Source: an uncultured Planctomycetia bacterium (lineage in GTDB: Bacteria > Omnitrophota > Gorgyraeia > Tantalellales > Tantalellaceae). Taken from it: DNA of 64,000 nt. Below are positions 1 through 8,437 of the stretch, piece by piece. Position numbers and translations under genes: made by a program. The stretch covers positions 26,344 through 90,343 of the forward strand of contig CAZNEE010000004.1 of the NCBI GenBank assembly GCA_964572255.1, read 5' to 3'. Below the pieces are notes generated by a model, which made no database searches, had not been told where the DNA came from, and was given only the letters and a program-made list of their open reading frames with translations. The first letter of the stretch is position 1. Each line of letters starts with the position of its first letter.

Positions 1-444
1 CGGATCGGTTTTGTTGTAGGCAACTCAAAGATATTAGCGTCCCTCGCAAAGACGAAAAGTTATATAGATTTCGGATTGTTCAAGCCCATTCAGTATGCGG
101 CTATCAAGGCTCTCACGGGACCGCAGGGGTGCGTCCAGAAACAGGTGAATCTGTATAAAAAACGCCGGGATGTTTTAGTCAAGGCTCTTAAGAACATCGG
201 TTGGGAGGTTCCTAGCCCCAAGGCAACGTTTTATATATGGGCAAGGATACCCGATAAATACAGTGCGCTCACATCAATGGAGTTCGTATCTCTTCTCATA
301 AAAGAAGCCGGGGTCGCGATCGCGCCGGGCACGGGATTCGGCGAATACGGCGAAGGGTATGTCAGGTTCGCTCTAGTCGAAGATGAAAAACGGCTTCTCG
401 AGGCTGCTCAGAGGATCAAGAAGATCCTTGATATGGAAGCATGA
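1..444 (+). CDS. Class I/II PLP aminotransferase (LL-DAP aminotransferase/AlaC-like), 5'-truncated by the window edge
   Basis: Frame is open from base 1 (RIGFVVGN...); ATFYIW and PGTGFGEYGEGYVRFAL are typical class I aminotransferase C-terminal motifs. Confidence 0.85.
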   Translation, partial: RIGFVVGNSKILASLAKTKSYIDFGLFKPIQYAAIKALTGPQGCVQKQVNLYKKRRDVLVKALKNIGWEVPSPKATFYIWARIPDKYSALTSMEFVSLLIKEAGVAIAPGTGFGEYGEGYVRFALVEDEKRLLEAAQRIKKILDMEA

Positions 445-1559
445 ACAAAAAAATACTGATTCTCTACATCTCAGAATATTCCGGGCATTTTCATGCGGCT
501 AAAGCATTGGAAAAAGCTTTAAGCGCGGCAAATGGCCGGCTCACCATAAAAATGGTCAATGCTCTTGAATATACCAACCCGATCCTCGGCAAATTGATCA
601 ATAAAGCCTACCTGGAAGTCATCAGGAAAAAGCCCGAGCTATGGGGCAATATTTATGATAATCCCGATGTCATTAAAAAAACCAGGGGAGCGAGGGAAGC
701 GCTTCACAGGTTCAACATGTCCAAGATAAAGAAATTGATCGAAAGTTTCGATCCGGATATTATTTTTTGCACACAGGCTTTTCCTTGCGGGATGGTCGCG
801 GATTACAAGAGAACTTCCGGGAAAAACATACCGCTTGTAGGGATCCTTACAGATCACGCGCCGCATTCTTACTGGTTATTTGATGAGGTTGATTTTTATG
901 TGGTTCCGTCCAAGAAAACTGCCGAAATATTGGAGCGGAAAGGGATCGGCAAAGATAAGCTTAAGGCGTACGGGATACCCGTTGATCCTAAATTCTCAGA
1001 AAGGCATGATAAGGAAAAGATATTCAATGATCTGGGTCTTTCTAAAGATAAGCCTATAATACTTATCATGGGCGGAAGCCAGGGGTTAGGCGCCATTGAG
1101 GAAGTTGTAAGATCTTTTTTACAGGATGATAAGCATGACTATCAGCTGATAGTCGTTTCAGGGAACAATAAAAAACTCAAGAGAAAACTTTCGAGAATAA
1201 GCAAAAAAAGGACCGAGTATATAAAAATTTTACCGTTTGTTGATAATATTGATGAATTGATGGAGATCTCGAATATTATCATTACAAAAGCCGGCGGAAT
1301 AACAACGGCTGAGGCGCTTGCGAAAAAACTGCCCATACTTGTTGTGGATCCCATACCGGGTCATGAACGCATGAATACGGATTACTTGGTTGATGAAGGC
1401 GCCGCTATTGAAGTGGAGAACTACGGCGATGTGCATGATATTGTTAACATTCTTTTTGATTCTGAAAAGCTGAGCACAATAAAGAAAAACGCAGAAAAAC
1501 TATCGATGCCGGCAAGCGCTTTGAATATAGCCGAATTCGCTTTAGGGATTTTAAAATAA
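441..1559 (+). CDS. Diacylglycerol glycosyltransferase (MGDG synthase/UgtP-like, GT28)
   Basis: GHFHAAKAL N-terminus, GIPVDPKF, MGGSQGLG, ITKAGGITTAEA, PIPGHERMN motifs. Confidence 0.85.
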   Translation: MNKKILILYISEYSGHFHAAKALEKALSAANGRLTIKMVNALEYTNPILGKLINKAYLEVIRKKPELWGNIYDNPDVIKKTRGAREALHRFNMSKIKKLIESFDPDIIFCTQAFPCGMVADYKRTSGKNIPLVGILTDHAPHSYWLFDEVDFYVVPSKKTAEILERKGIGKDKLKAYGIPVDPKFSERHDKEKIFNDLGLSKDKPIILIMGGSQGLGAIEEVVRSFLQDDKHDYQLIVVSGNNKKLKRKLSRISKKRTEYIKILPFVDNIDELMEISNIIITKAGGITTAEALAKKLPILVVDPIPGHERMNTDYLVDEGAAIEVENYGDVHDIVNILFDSEKLSTIKKNAEKLSMPASALNIAEFALGILK

Positions 1560-2458
1560 TGTATTTTCTTTATCTCACAGGATATTACCTTGCTAAAGTG
1601 CTGCCGATCAAGGTCTGTTATGTTATCGCGGGAGTAGTTGCGCGTATTTATTTTATTTTTGCGAAAAAAGATAAGGCTAACCTTCGGAGCAATCTCAAGG
1701 TGATATTGGCAGGCGAAGCAAGCGAAGCGCTGATCGGAAGACACATTTTCGAAATATTTAAAAATTTTGCCAAGTATCTTGCCGATTTTGTTAAGTTCAC
1801 CAAATTTTCCCCTGAATATATCGAGAAAAACATAAATATCGAGGGCAGGCATTTTATAGATGAATGTCTCCGGGAAGGCAAAGGAATTATATGTGTTGCC
1901 CTGCATCTGGGGAACTGGGAACTGGGAGGGGCGATATTGCCTGCTTTGGGGTATCCGATGAGCGCTATCGTGCTGGAACATAAAGATAAAAGGACCAATG
2001 ATTTTTTTGTAAGGCAAAGAGCTATTAATAATCTTAAAAGCATACATATCAGCATCGCCCTTAAAAAATGTTTTGCCGCGTTAAAAAATAATGAATTACT
2101 GGCTATTGTCGGGGATAAGGATTATACCTCAACAGGAGAATATGTAGATTTTTTCGGGAGAAAAGCCCTTCTGCCTAAAGGTCCGGCGGTTTTAAGCTTA
2201 AAAACCGGCGCTCCGCTTGTTTTTTCCTGTCTGATAAGAGAAAAAGGAGATAAGTTTAAATTTGTATTTGAAGAACCTATAAAACCGGTTTCTACAGGTG
2301 ATTTAAAAAAAGATATGCATAACTTGATGTCCAGATATATAAAAACATTTGAAAGATATATCCGTCAATATCCGGATCAATGGTATGCCTTTAATCGGGT
2401 TTGGGAAGATGAAACCCTGCAAGACGTAAAGTCACCAATAACAAGTAAGCAGGAATAA
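1559..2458 (+). CDS. Lipid A lauroyl/PatA-like acyltransferase (lysophospholipid acyltransferase family)
   Basis: HLGNWE motif, FFGRKA..PKGPA, YPDQW C-terminal motif. Confidence 0.85.
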   Translation: MYFLYLTGYYLAKVLPIKVCYVIAGVVARIYFIFAKKDKANLRSNLKVILAGEASEALIGRHIFEIFKNFAKYLADFVKFTKFSPEYIEKNINIEGRHFIDECLREGKGIICVALHLGNWELGGAILPALGYPMSAIVLEHKDKRTNDFFVRQRAINNLKSIHISIALKKCFAALKNNELLAIVGDKDYTSTGEYVDFFGRKALLPKGPAVLSLKTGAPLVFSCLIREKGDKFKFVFEEPIKPVSTGDLKKDMHNLMSRYIKTFERYIRQYPDQWYAFNRVWEDETLQDVKSPITSKQE

Positions 2459-2460
2459 AA

Positions 2461-3153
2461 ATGCGGGCGACAAAAGATAATACGATAGTGCTTATACCTT
2501 CTTATAATGAAGAACGCGAGATCGGAAAAATAGTTCGTGATATTGTGAAGATGGGGCTTAATGCGCTCGTCGTCGATGACGGTTCGTCCGATAATACTCA
2601 GAAAGAAGCTCTTGATAACGGAGCGTTGGTAATACGCAACAGGCAAAATTCCGGGAAAGGATATTCTCTTAGAGAAGGGTTTAAATATGTGTTTGAGAAA
2701 ATGAAATATGAGTGGTTATTGATGATGGACGGCGACGGGCAGCATCACACTGAAGACATTCCGGTTCTGATGGCGGCAACGGCTGACAGCGATGTTGATA
2801 TTGTCAGCGGCAACCGCATGCAATTCACGAAAAATATGCCTTTAGCGAGATATTTGACCAACAGGTTCACTTCGTGGGTGCTTACGAAGATGTGTAAACA
2901 GGACATGCCCGATTCGCAGTGCGGGTTCAGACTTATCAGGCTGGAGGCCTTGAAAAAAATAGATCTTACATCAGACAAGTATGATATCGAATCGGAAATG
3001 CTCATAGAGGCCGCCAGGTTTGATCTGAAGATAAGGTCGGTCCCTATCAGGACGATCTACGGCGAAGAAGCTTCGAAAATACATCCCATAAAAGATACAA
3101 TAAATTTTTTCAAATTGATCTTTAAATATATTTTCGGTAAAAATGTCCTATGA
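2461..3153 (+). CDS. GT2 glycosyltransferase (polyprenol-phosphate glycosyltransferase-like)
   Basis: IPSYNE, VVDDGSSD, MDGDGQH, DSQCGFR motifs. Confidence 0.9.
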   Translation: MRATKDNTIVLIPSYNEEREIGKIVRDIVKMGLNALVVDDGSSDNTQKEALDNGALVIRNRQNSGKGYSLREGFKYVFEKMKYEWLLMMDGDGQHHTEDIPVLMAATADSDVDIVSGNRMQFTKNMPLARYLTNRFTSWVLTKMCKQDMPDSQCGFRLIRLEALKKIDLTSDKYDIESEMLIEAARFDLKIRSVPIRTIYGEEASKIHPIKDTINFFKLIFKYIFGKNVL

Positions 3154-3799
3154 ATCAGAGAGAAACAGGATGGTCGACGACCAGATAAGCGCGAGGGGGA
3201 TAAGGGAAGTTCGTGTTCTTGAAGCGTTCCGCAAAGTGCCGAGACATCATTATGTTCCTTCTTCGATGGCCGCTTCCGCCTATGCAGATCATCCGCTTCC
3301 GATAGGGGAAGGACAGACAATATCGCAACCTTACATTGTTGCGTTGATGACCGAATGTCTTAACCTTAGAAAAGACGGAAGAGTTCTTGAAATAGGGACG
3401 GGAAGCGGTTATCAGGCGGCCATCCTTGCGGAATTGTGCAGTGAAGTCTATACTATAGAAAAGGAGGATGTTCTGCTCGCTAGAGCGAAAGATCTCCTTT
3501 CGAAAGAAGGTTACAGCAATATTTATTTCAAGAGCGGTGACGGGACTCTTGGGTGGAAAGAACACGCGCCGTTTGACGGAATTATAGTAACAGCGGCCGC
3601 TCCCGAAGTTCCCGAACCGTTGAAAGAACAGCTTGCTGACGGAGGGCGGATAGTTATACCGGTAGGGACATTATTCAGTCAGATGCTTGTCGCTATCGAG
3701 AAAAAAGGGGACAAATTTACTTCTGAAGATGTGTGCGGGTGCGTATTTGTTCCTTTAGTAGGCAAATACGGCTGGAAGCCGGATGAGAGGTTTTTTTAA
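3143..3799 (+). CDS. pcm: Protein-L-isoaspartate O-methyltransferase
   Basis: GQTISQPYIVA, VLEIGTGSGYQAA, APFDGIIVTAAA, FVPLVG. Confidence 0.95.
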   Translation: MSYESERNRMVDDQISARGIREVRVLEAFRKVPRHHYVPSSMAASAYADHPLPIGEGQTISQPYIVALMTECLNLRKDGRVLEIGTGSGYQAAILAELCSEVYTIEKEDVLLARAKDLLSKEGYSNIYFKSGDGTLGWKEHAPFDGIIVTAAAPEVPEPLKEQLADGGRIVIPVGTLFSQMLVAIEKKGDKFTSEDVCGCVFVPLVGKYGWKPDERFF

Positions 3800-3814
3800 A
3801 CAAAAGGGGAGAAG

Positions 3815-4306
3815 ATGCTGGAAGGTCTGACAAATTCACTTGTTGCTTTTAATAAAGAGATCGCGGTGGTAGTGCTTGCGGCCATGCCCGTTTCCGAATT
3901 GAGAGGCGCTATTCCGCTGGCATTGGCCATGGAATTCTCTCCTTTTAAAGCCTACGTACTCGCGTTTATAGGAAATCTTATTCCGGTCGTCCCGCTTTTG
4001 TTTTTTCTGCAGCCCGTGTCGGAAAAGCTCAGGCACATAAGTATTTTTGAGAAGTTCTTTAACTGGCTTTTCGAGCGGACGAGAAGAAAAGCCACGCTTA
4101 TCGAAAAATTCGAGGCTTTGGGATTGATACTTTTTGTCGCGATACCGCTTCCCGTAACGGGCGCCTGGACGGGATGCGTTGCCGCGACCCTTTTCAAGAT
4201 AAGGTTCAGATATGCCTTTGCTGCCGTGACCGCAGGTGTTATAATAGCCGGGTTCATCGTGCTTGGTTTGTGCATGGCAGGTAAATGTTTTTATCCGGCA
4301 TCTTGA
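3815..4306 (+). CDS. COG2426 / small multidrug export-like membrane protein
   Basis: PVSELRGAIP and FVAIPLPVTGAWTG signatures; hydrophobic. Confidence 0.85.
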   Translation: MLEGLTNSLVAFNKEIAVVVLAAMPVSELRGAIPLALAMEFSPFKAYVLAFIGNLIPVVPLLFFLQPVSEKLRHISIFEKFFNWLFERTRRKATLIEKFEALGLILFVAIPLPVTGAWTGCVAATLFKIRFRYAFAAVTAGVIIAGFIVLGLCMAGKCFYPAS

Positions 4307-4323
4307 TTGAAAGGAGTTTGAAC

Positions 4324-4827
4324 ATGATCGCATATTTTTTGATCGTTTTAGGATTATTATTAAGGTTTCTTCCGCACGTGCCCAATACCGCGCCTGTCGC
4401 GGCTATAGCGCTTTTTGCCGGCGCTTATCTGAACAGGAAAATAGTGCCGTGGGTGCCGTTAGCCATCATGGTGGTCACCGATATAATGATCGGGATGCAT
4501 GATGTCATTCTGTACACATGGGGAGCGTTTATCGTTATAGGTTTTATCGGGATGCGTTTGAAAGAGAACAAGACCCCGGGGAGGGTATTTACCTCAACGG
4601 TGTTTTCTGCGGTGTTATTTTTTGTAATTTCGAATTTTGGGGTATGGTTTACCTGGTATCCTCATACTTCAGAAGGGTTCACAAGATGTTTCGTGAACGC
4701 GATACCTTTTTTCAGAAATACATTGTTCGGGAATTTGGTTTTTGCAGCTGTTCTTTTCGGAACGTATGAATTGGCAAAAAGAATGGTAAAAGAACCCAAG
4801 CTGAAGACTGTTCTATTGACAGAATAA
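4324..4827 (+). CDS. DUF6580-like membrane protein, putative cobalamin-related transporter component
   Basis: RFLPHVPNTAPVAAIALFAGAY and FFVISNFGVW...AIPFFRNTL motifs; AAGGAG RBS before ATG 4324; adjacent to a B12 riboswitch. Confidence 0.7.
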   Translation: MIAYFLIVLGLLLRFLPHVPNTAPVAAIALFAGAYLNRKIVPWVPLAIMVVTDIMIGMHDVILYTWGAFIVIGFIGMRLKENKTPGRVFTSTVFSAVLFFVISNFGVWFTWYPHTSEGFTRCFVNAIPFFRNTLFGNLVFAAVLFGTYELAKRMVKEPKLKTVLLTE

Positions 4828-4874
4828 ATGGAATAAGGTAAACTTGGTCAAGTTTTATTGATCTTTAATTTTGT

Positions 4875-5045
4875 TGTGCATATGGGTAACCGCGAGGTTT
4901 TAATAGGGAAGTCCGTTTGAGTCGGACACGGTCCCGCCGCTGTAACCGGATACGAAAGCTCTTTTTTTTGGCCACTGCTCTTTTTAAAGCGGGAAGGCCG
5001 GGCGAGTAGGATGATCCGGAAAGTCAGAAGACCTGCCTGTGTGAT
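4875..5045 (+). ncRNA. Cobalamin (B12) riboswitch
   Basis: AATAGGGAA, CCCGCCGCTGTAA, GCCACTG, GGGAAGG and AGTCAGAAGACCTGCC core elements in the canonical order, upstream of a TonB receptor. Confidence 0.92.
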
Positions 5046-5105
5046 AGATCGCTCTCTAGGCCCGAGGAGGCTGAAAGAGGATATATAAAAAGGGTTTAAA
5101 AACGG

Positions 5106-5141
5106 AAACCCCCGGCATTTAGCGCCGGGGGTTTTTTATTT
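5106..5141 (+). terminator. Intrinsic terminator, expression platform of the B12 riboswitch
   Basis: AAACCCCCGGC / GCCGGGGGTTT stem plus T-tract, just before the receptor RBS. Confidence 0.85.
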
Positions 5142-5158
5142 AAGCAGGGGGGAACGAT

Positions 5159-7150
5159 ATGCTGAGAAAAGTAATTTTATTCTTATCCATTATTACGGTT
5201 ATTTCGGACGGTTTGGCAAACGGTTTGCCTGAAGAAGAAAAGAAAAAAGCGTGTGATATGGTGATTACGCCTTCAGGCGTGGAAGAGCGTTCCGCATTCG
5301 ATTATCCCGGGAATGTTTCGGTGATCACGCGGGAGGATATCGAGAACTCTAATGCGAAATATGTATATGAGCTTTTGAGGCAGGAGCCCGGCATCGTTGT
5401 CCGCGATTGGACGCATGCCGCCAAGACCGTTTCGGTGGACATGAGGGGTTTCGGTGAAACGGCCAGGAATAACGTCCTCATCCTTGTTGACGGAAGGAGG
5501 ATAAACGAAATTGACATGTCAGAGGCCGATTGGGCTCAAATGCCGCTTGAGGCAGTGGACCGCGTAGAAATACTGCGGGGAGGAGGCAGTGTATTGTACG
5601 GGGATAATGCTTCGGCCGGTACTATCAACATTATCACGCGTAAAGGTGAAGGAGGCCCTTCAGTAAAAGCCGGTTACGAAACGGGAAGTTATCGGTATCA
5701 TAATTATTTTGCCCGGGTGCAGGGCAGTCACGATCTTCTCACATGGAATTTTTTGGGAAAAAGGGACAAGACCGACGGATACCGCCTTAACGGGGATTAT
5801 GACGGGTATGACTTTATGGGGAACGTTGTGATGAAGCCGGAGGATTACCTGAGGTTAGACCTATCCGGCGGTTATCACAAGGATTGGTACGGCCTTCCCG
5901 GGGGGTTAACGAGGTCTGAGATCGACCAAATAGGCCGGAGAGGATCCACGACCCCTAATGACAGGGCCAAGACCGAAGGGGGATTCCTCAAGATCTCTCC
6001 GAAGATCCTGTTGGATCTTTTAGGGGCCGGGCATGTTCTGGACCTGGATTTTTGGGGGAGAAAAAGGCGCAACAATTCAAGCTTTCCCTCGCAATGGGGA
6101 CAGCCGAGGAGAGGTTCACAGATAGACAGCATCGGAGGTTCGGCACGGTACCTGCTAAACAATTTTTTCGGGGATGTGGGCAACAAATTGATAGTGGGAG
6201 CTGATTTTTTCAGCGCGAAGAACCGCCTGCGCACCGAAAGAAATGTCCCCGGGTTTACGGAACAGCTTCACATAACAAAAGAGACTTTCGGCATATTCGT
6301 TAACGATAAGCTGGAACTGTTCGAAAACTTTGTCTTCAGCGGCGGCTTCCGCCAGGAATGGGCGGAATACAATTTCGTGCAATGGGACCCGGTGACAAGG
6401 CATATTATAAAAACGCCGAAACAGGGAGCTTTTGATCTTGGAGGGGAATTCAAGTATTCAGAAAAAGGGGCAATATATTCAAGGTTTTCCCGAAGTTACC
6501 GTTATCCCGCGACGGACGAATATTACAGCACGTTTTCAGGTACGTTCAATCCGGACCTGAAGCACCAGGTCGCGGATACATGGGAGATCGGGGTCAAAGA
6601 ACACAGCTTTGACCTCTTGAGCGTGGATGCCGATTTTTTCTTCATGGACCTGGATAATGAAATTTATTACGATCCCGTCACGTTCACTAACTCAAACTAT
6701 AGCCGCACGCAGCGAAAGGGAGTGGAGGTCAAGTTAAAGTCAAAGATAAAGAAGATCGCAGATCTTTTCTTCAGCTATACGTTCACGAATGCGTATTTTG
6801 CGGGAGGGAGTTTTGCCGGCAACACCGTCCCGCAAGTGCCGAGACATAAGATCATCTGGGGGATAACATCCAAACCTTTCTCATGGCTTATCCTGAATTT
6901 TTTCAGCGAGTATGTGAGCTCGCAATACCACATAAGTGACATCGGGAACCAAAGGTCAAAATTGGAAAGCTACATGAACTGCAGTGGCAAGATCACCTTT
7001 CTGTACCGCGGATTCGAAATATTTTTCGGGGCCAACAACATCTTCGATCAACAGTACTCCGAATACAGTTCGGTATGGGGCATTGATTTCTATCCCGCAC
7101 CCGGCAGGAACTACGAATTCGGCATATCCTACAAATTCTACAAATTCTAA
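5159..7150 (+). CDS. btuB: TonB-dependent receptor, BtuB-like cobalamin importer
   Basis: Signal peptide; plug motifs (VLILVDGRR, VEILRGGGSVLYGDNASAGTINIIT); NNIFDQQY...PGRNY; C-terminal Phe; controlled by the riboswitch. Confidence 0.85.
   Translation: MLRKVILFLSIITVISDGLANGLPEEEKKKACDMVITPSGVEERSAFDYPGNVSVITREDIENSNAKYVYELLRQEPGIVVRDWTHAAKTVSVDMRGFGETARNNVLILVDGRRINEIDMSEADWAQMPLEAVDRVEILRGGGSVLYGDNASAGTINIITRKGEGGPSVKAGYETGSYRYHNYFARVQGSHDLLTWNFLGKRDKTDGYRLNGDYDGYDFMGNVVMKPEDYLRLDLSGGYHKDWYGLPGGLTRSEIDQIGRRGSTTPNDRAKTEGGFLKISPKILLDLLGAGHVLDLDFWGRKRRNNSSFPSQWGQPRRGSQIDSIGGSARYLLNNFFGDVGNKLIVGADFFSAKNRLRTERNVPGFTEQLHITKETFGIFVNDKLELFENFVFSGGFRQEWAEYNFVQWDPVTRHIIKTPKQGAFDLGGEFKYSEKGAIYSRFSRSYRYPATDEYYSTFSGTFNPDLKHQVADTWEIGVKEHSFDLLSVDADFFFMDLDNEIYYDPVTFTNSNYSRTQRKGVEVKLKSKIKKIADLFFSYTFTNAYFAGGSFAGNTVPQVPRHKIIWGITSKPFSWLILNFFSEYVSSQYHISDIGNQRSKLESYMNCSGKITFLYRGFEIFFGANNIFDQQYSEYSSVWGIDFYPAPGRNYEFGISYKFYKF
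7115..7137 (+). repeat. 23-bp direct repeat, copy 1 (GAATTCGGCATATCCTACAAATT), inside the btuB 3' end
   Basis: Identical to 7870-7892. Confidence 0.95.
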
Positions 7151-7171
7151 CGCTTGGCATTCTAAACTATC

Positions 7172-7206
7172 AAGGTGCCCCATTTTTTATTCTTAAAGGT
7201 GTCCCT
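7172..7206 (-). repeat. Left REP-like inverted repeat
   Basis: Reverse complement AGGGACACCTTTAAGAATAAAAAATGGGGCACCTT resembles 7791-7826 GGGGACACCTTTAAAAATGAAATCAGGGACAGGTT. Confidence 0.75.
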
Positions 7207-7705
7207 AGCCATCACTAATGGAGCAATCTAATTTAATTGGATCTACTAAGTATTTCTTTGTGAATATACAACGTTCCTGGTAACTACTCCATTTGTAGTT
7301 GACAGGGTCGTTGGCGATGCCTGCTCTTACTGGATTATTTTCTATATAAGTAGCGACGTTGACGAGATACTGCCCTTTTACTATAGGGCTGCTTTGGAAT
7401 CTTCCTTGCCATAAATGGCCCACTTTTTTGTATTGTGCATTAAAGTAGGCTGTATAACCTCTGTTTATCCATTGCATAAATTTTGAAATATTTCTTGCTT
7501 GGAAAGTTTGAATTAGAAGATGGAAATGGTTGGTCATAAGGCAATACGCATAAAGATGTATATTGTATTTTGATTTAGCTCGTTTGATAATTTCAAGGCA
7601 TTTTTGGTAATCTTGTTCATTAAGAAAAACGTTTTGTTTTTGATTTCCCCTAGTTCTTAAATGATAACATGCATTGTCAATAAACAGTCTCGAACTCCTT
7701 GGCAT
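7205..7705 (-). CDS. REP-associated tyrosine transposase (RAYT, Y1 HUH nuclease)
   Basis: YHLRTRGNQKQNVF, AYCLMTNHFHLL (HUH), GHLWQGRF, YIENNPVRAG, YKWSSY. Confidence 0.92.
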   Translation of the reverse strand: MPRSSRLFIDNACYHLRTRGNQKQNVFLNEQDYQKCLEIIKRAKSKYNIHLYAYCLMTNHFHLLIQTFQARNISKFMQWINRGYTAYFNAQYKKVGHLWQGRFQSSPIVKGQYLVNVATYIENNPVRAGIANDPVNYKWSSYQERCIFTKKYLVDPIKLDCSISDG

Positions 7706-7790
7706 AATATCCTCCTCTTGTTTAATAGTGTTGGCTTGTTGCTAGTATAGACAGAATTTTCTTTAATTTTCTTTCAAAAAATAATTTTTA

Positions 7791-7826
7791 GGGGACACCT
7801 TTAAAAATGAAATCAGGGACAGGTTA
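7791..7826 (+). repeat. Right REP-like inverted repeat
   Basis: GGGACACCTTTAA is the exact reverse complement of 7193-7205. Confidence 0.75.
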
Positions 7827-7869
7827 AAGGTATGGAATTGCGAACGGTACAAGTGGTGGACAAGTGGTG

Positions 7870-7896
7870 GAATTCGGCATATCCTACAAATTTTAG
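7870..7896 (+). repeat. 23-bp direct repeat, copy 2; reads as an orphan btuB end (EFGISYKF-stop)
   Basis: GAA TTC GGC ATA TCC TAC AAA TTT TAG; preceded by tandem ACAAGTGGTGG x2 (7849-7870). Confidence 0.95.
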
Positions 7897-7906
7897 TCAC
7901 TATTTA

Positions 7907-7935
7907 TTGACAAATATCTCCCGGTATGATATACT
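7907..7935 (+). promoter_or_regulatory. Sigma70 promoter of the marR-tolC-RND operon
   Basis: TTGACA-17 bp-TATACT with extended -10 TG; AT-rich inverted repeat AATATTT..AAATATT at 7946-7968 is a possible MarR operator. Confidence 0.75.
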
Positions 7936-8005
7936 TAAGTTAGAGAATATTTTGAAAAATGAAATATTTTTTAAATGAATAATTTACAGAGTGAAGGAGG
8001 TTGTG

Positions 8006-8437
8006 ATGCCCAAGAATTTCGGTAAAGAAGTGGCGAAATTATTGCCGATGATCCTGCGTGAAGCCACCACACGGCAGAAGAGCACTTTTATTGACAGCGA
8101 CATAACGATGCCCCAGGTGGTGGTCCTGGAACTTCTTCTTGAGAAGGAAAAATGCAAGATGGGAGAGGTGGCGAAAACCCTGAATCTTTCCATGAGCGCC
8201 ATAACAAGTATTGTCGATAAAATGATAGATGCCGCGATGGTAAGCCGTGAAAGATCCACAGAGGACAGAAGGGTTGTAGAAGTCGAGCTGACAAAAAAAG
8301 GTAAAGAGATCGCCAAAAGGGTCAGCAAGGAGCGCGAGGACATGGCTAATGATCTTTTTTCAGTGCTTACGAAGGAAGAAAGAAAAGAATATCTTAGATT
8401 GCTTAAAAAAGTGTTTAGTTCCGCAAAAAGGAAATAA
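8006..8437 (+). CDS. MarR family transcriptional regulator
   Basis: ITMPQVVVL, HTH region, RERSTEDRRVVEVELT; AAGGAGG RBS before ATG 8006. Confidence 0.92.
   Translation: MPKNFGKEVAKLLPMILREATTRQKSTFIDSDITMPQVVVLELLLEKEKCKMGEVAKTLNLSMSAITSIVDKMIDAAMVSRERSTEDRRVVEVELTKKGKEIAKRVSKEREDMANDLFSVLTKEERKEYLRLLKKVFSSAKRK

Larger units (their letters stand above)
7138..7892 (-). mobile_element. RAYT/REPtron-like cassette bounded by inverted repeats and a 23-bp direct repeat
   Basis: AT-rich, the only minus-strand gene; imperfect inverted repeats at 7172-7206 and 7791-7826; flanking direct repeat. Confidence 0.7.

Noticed and set aside
7849-7892. Short repeats as a possible CRISPR remnant
   Set aside because: No repeat-spacer periodicity; better explained as insertion junctions
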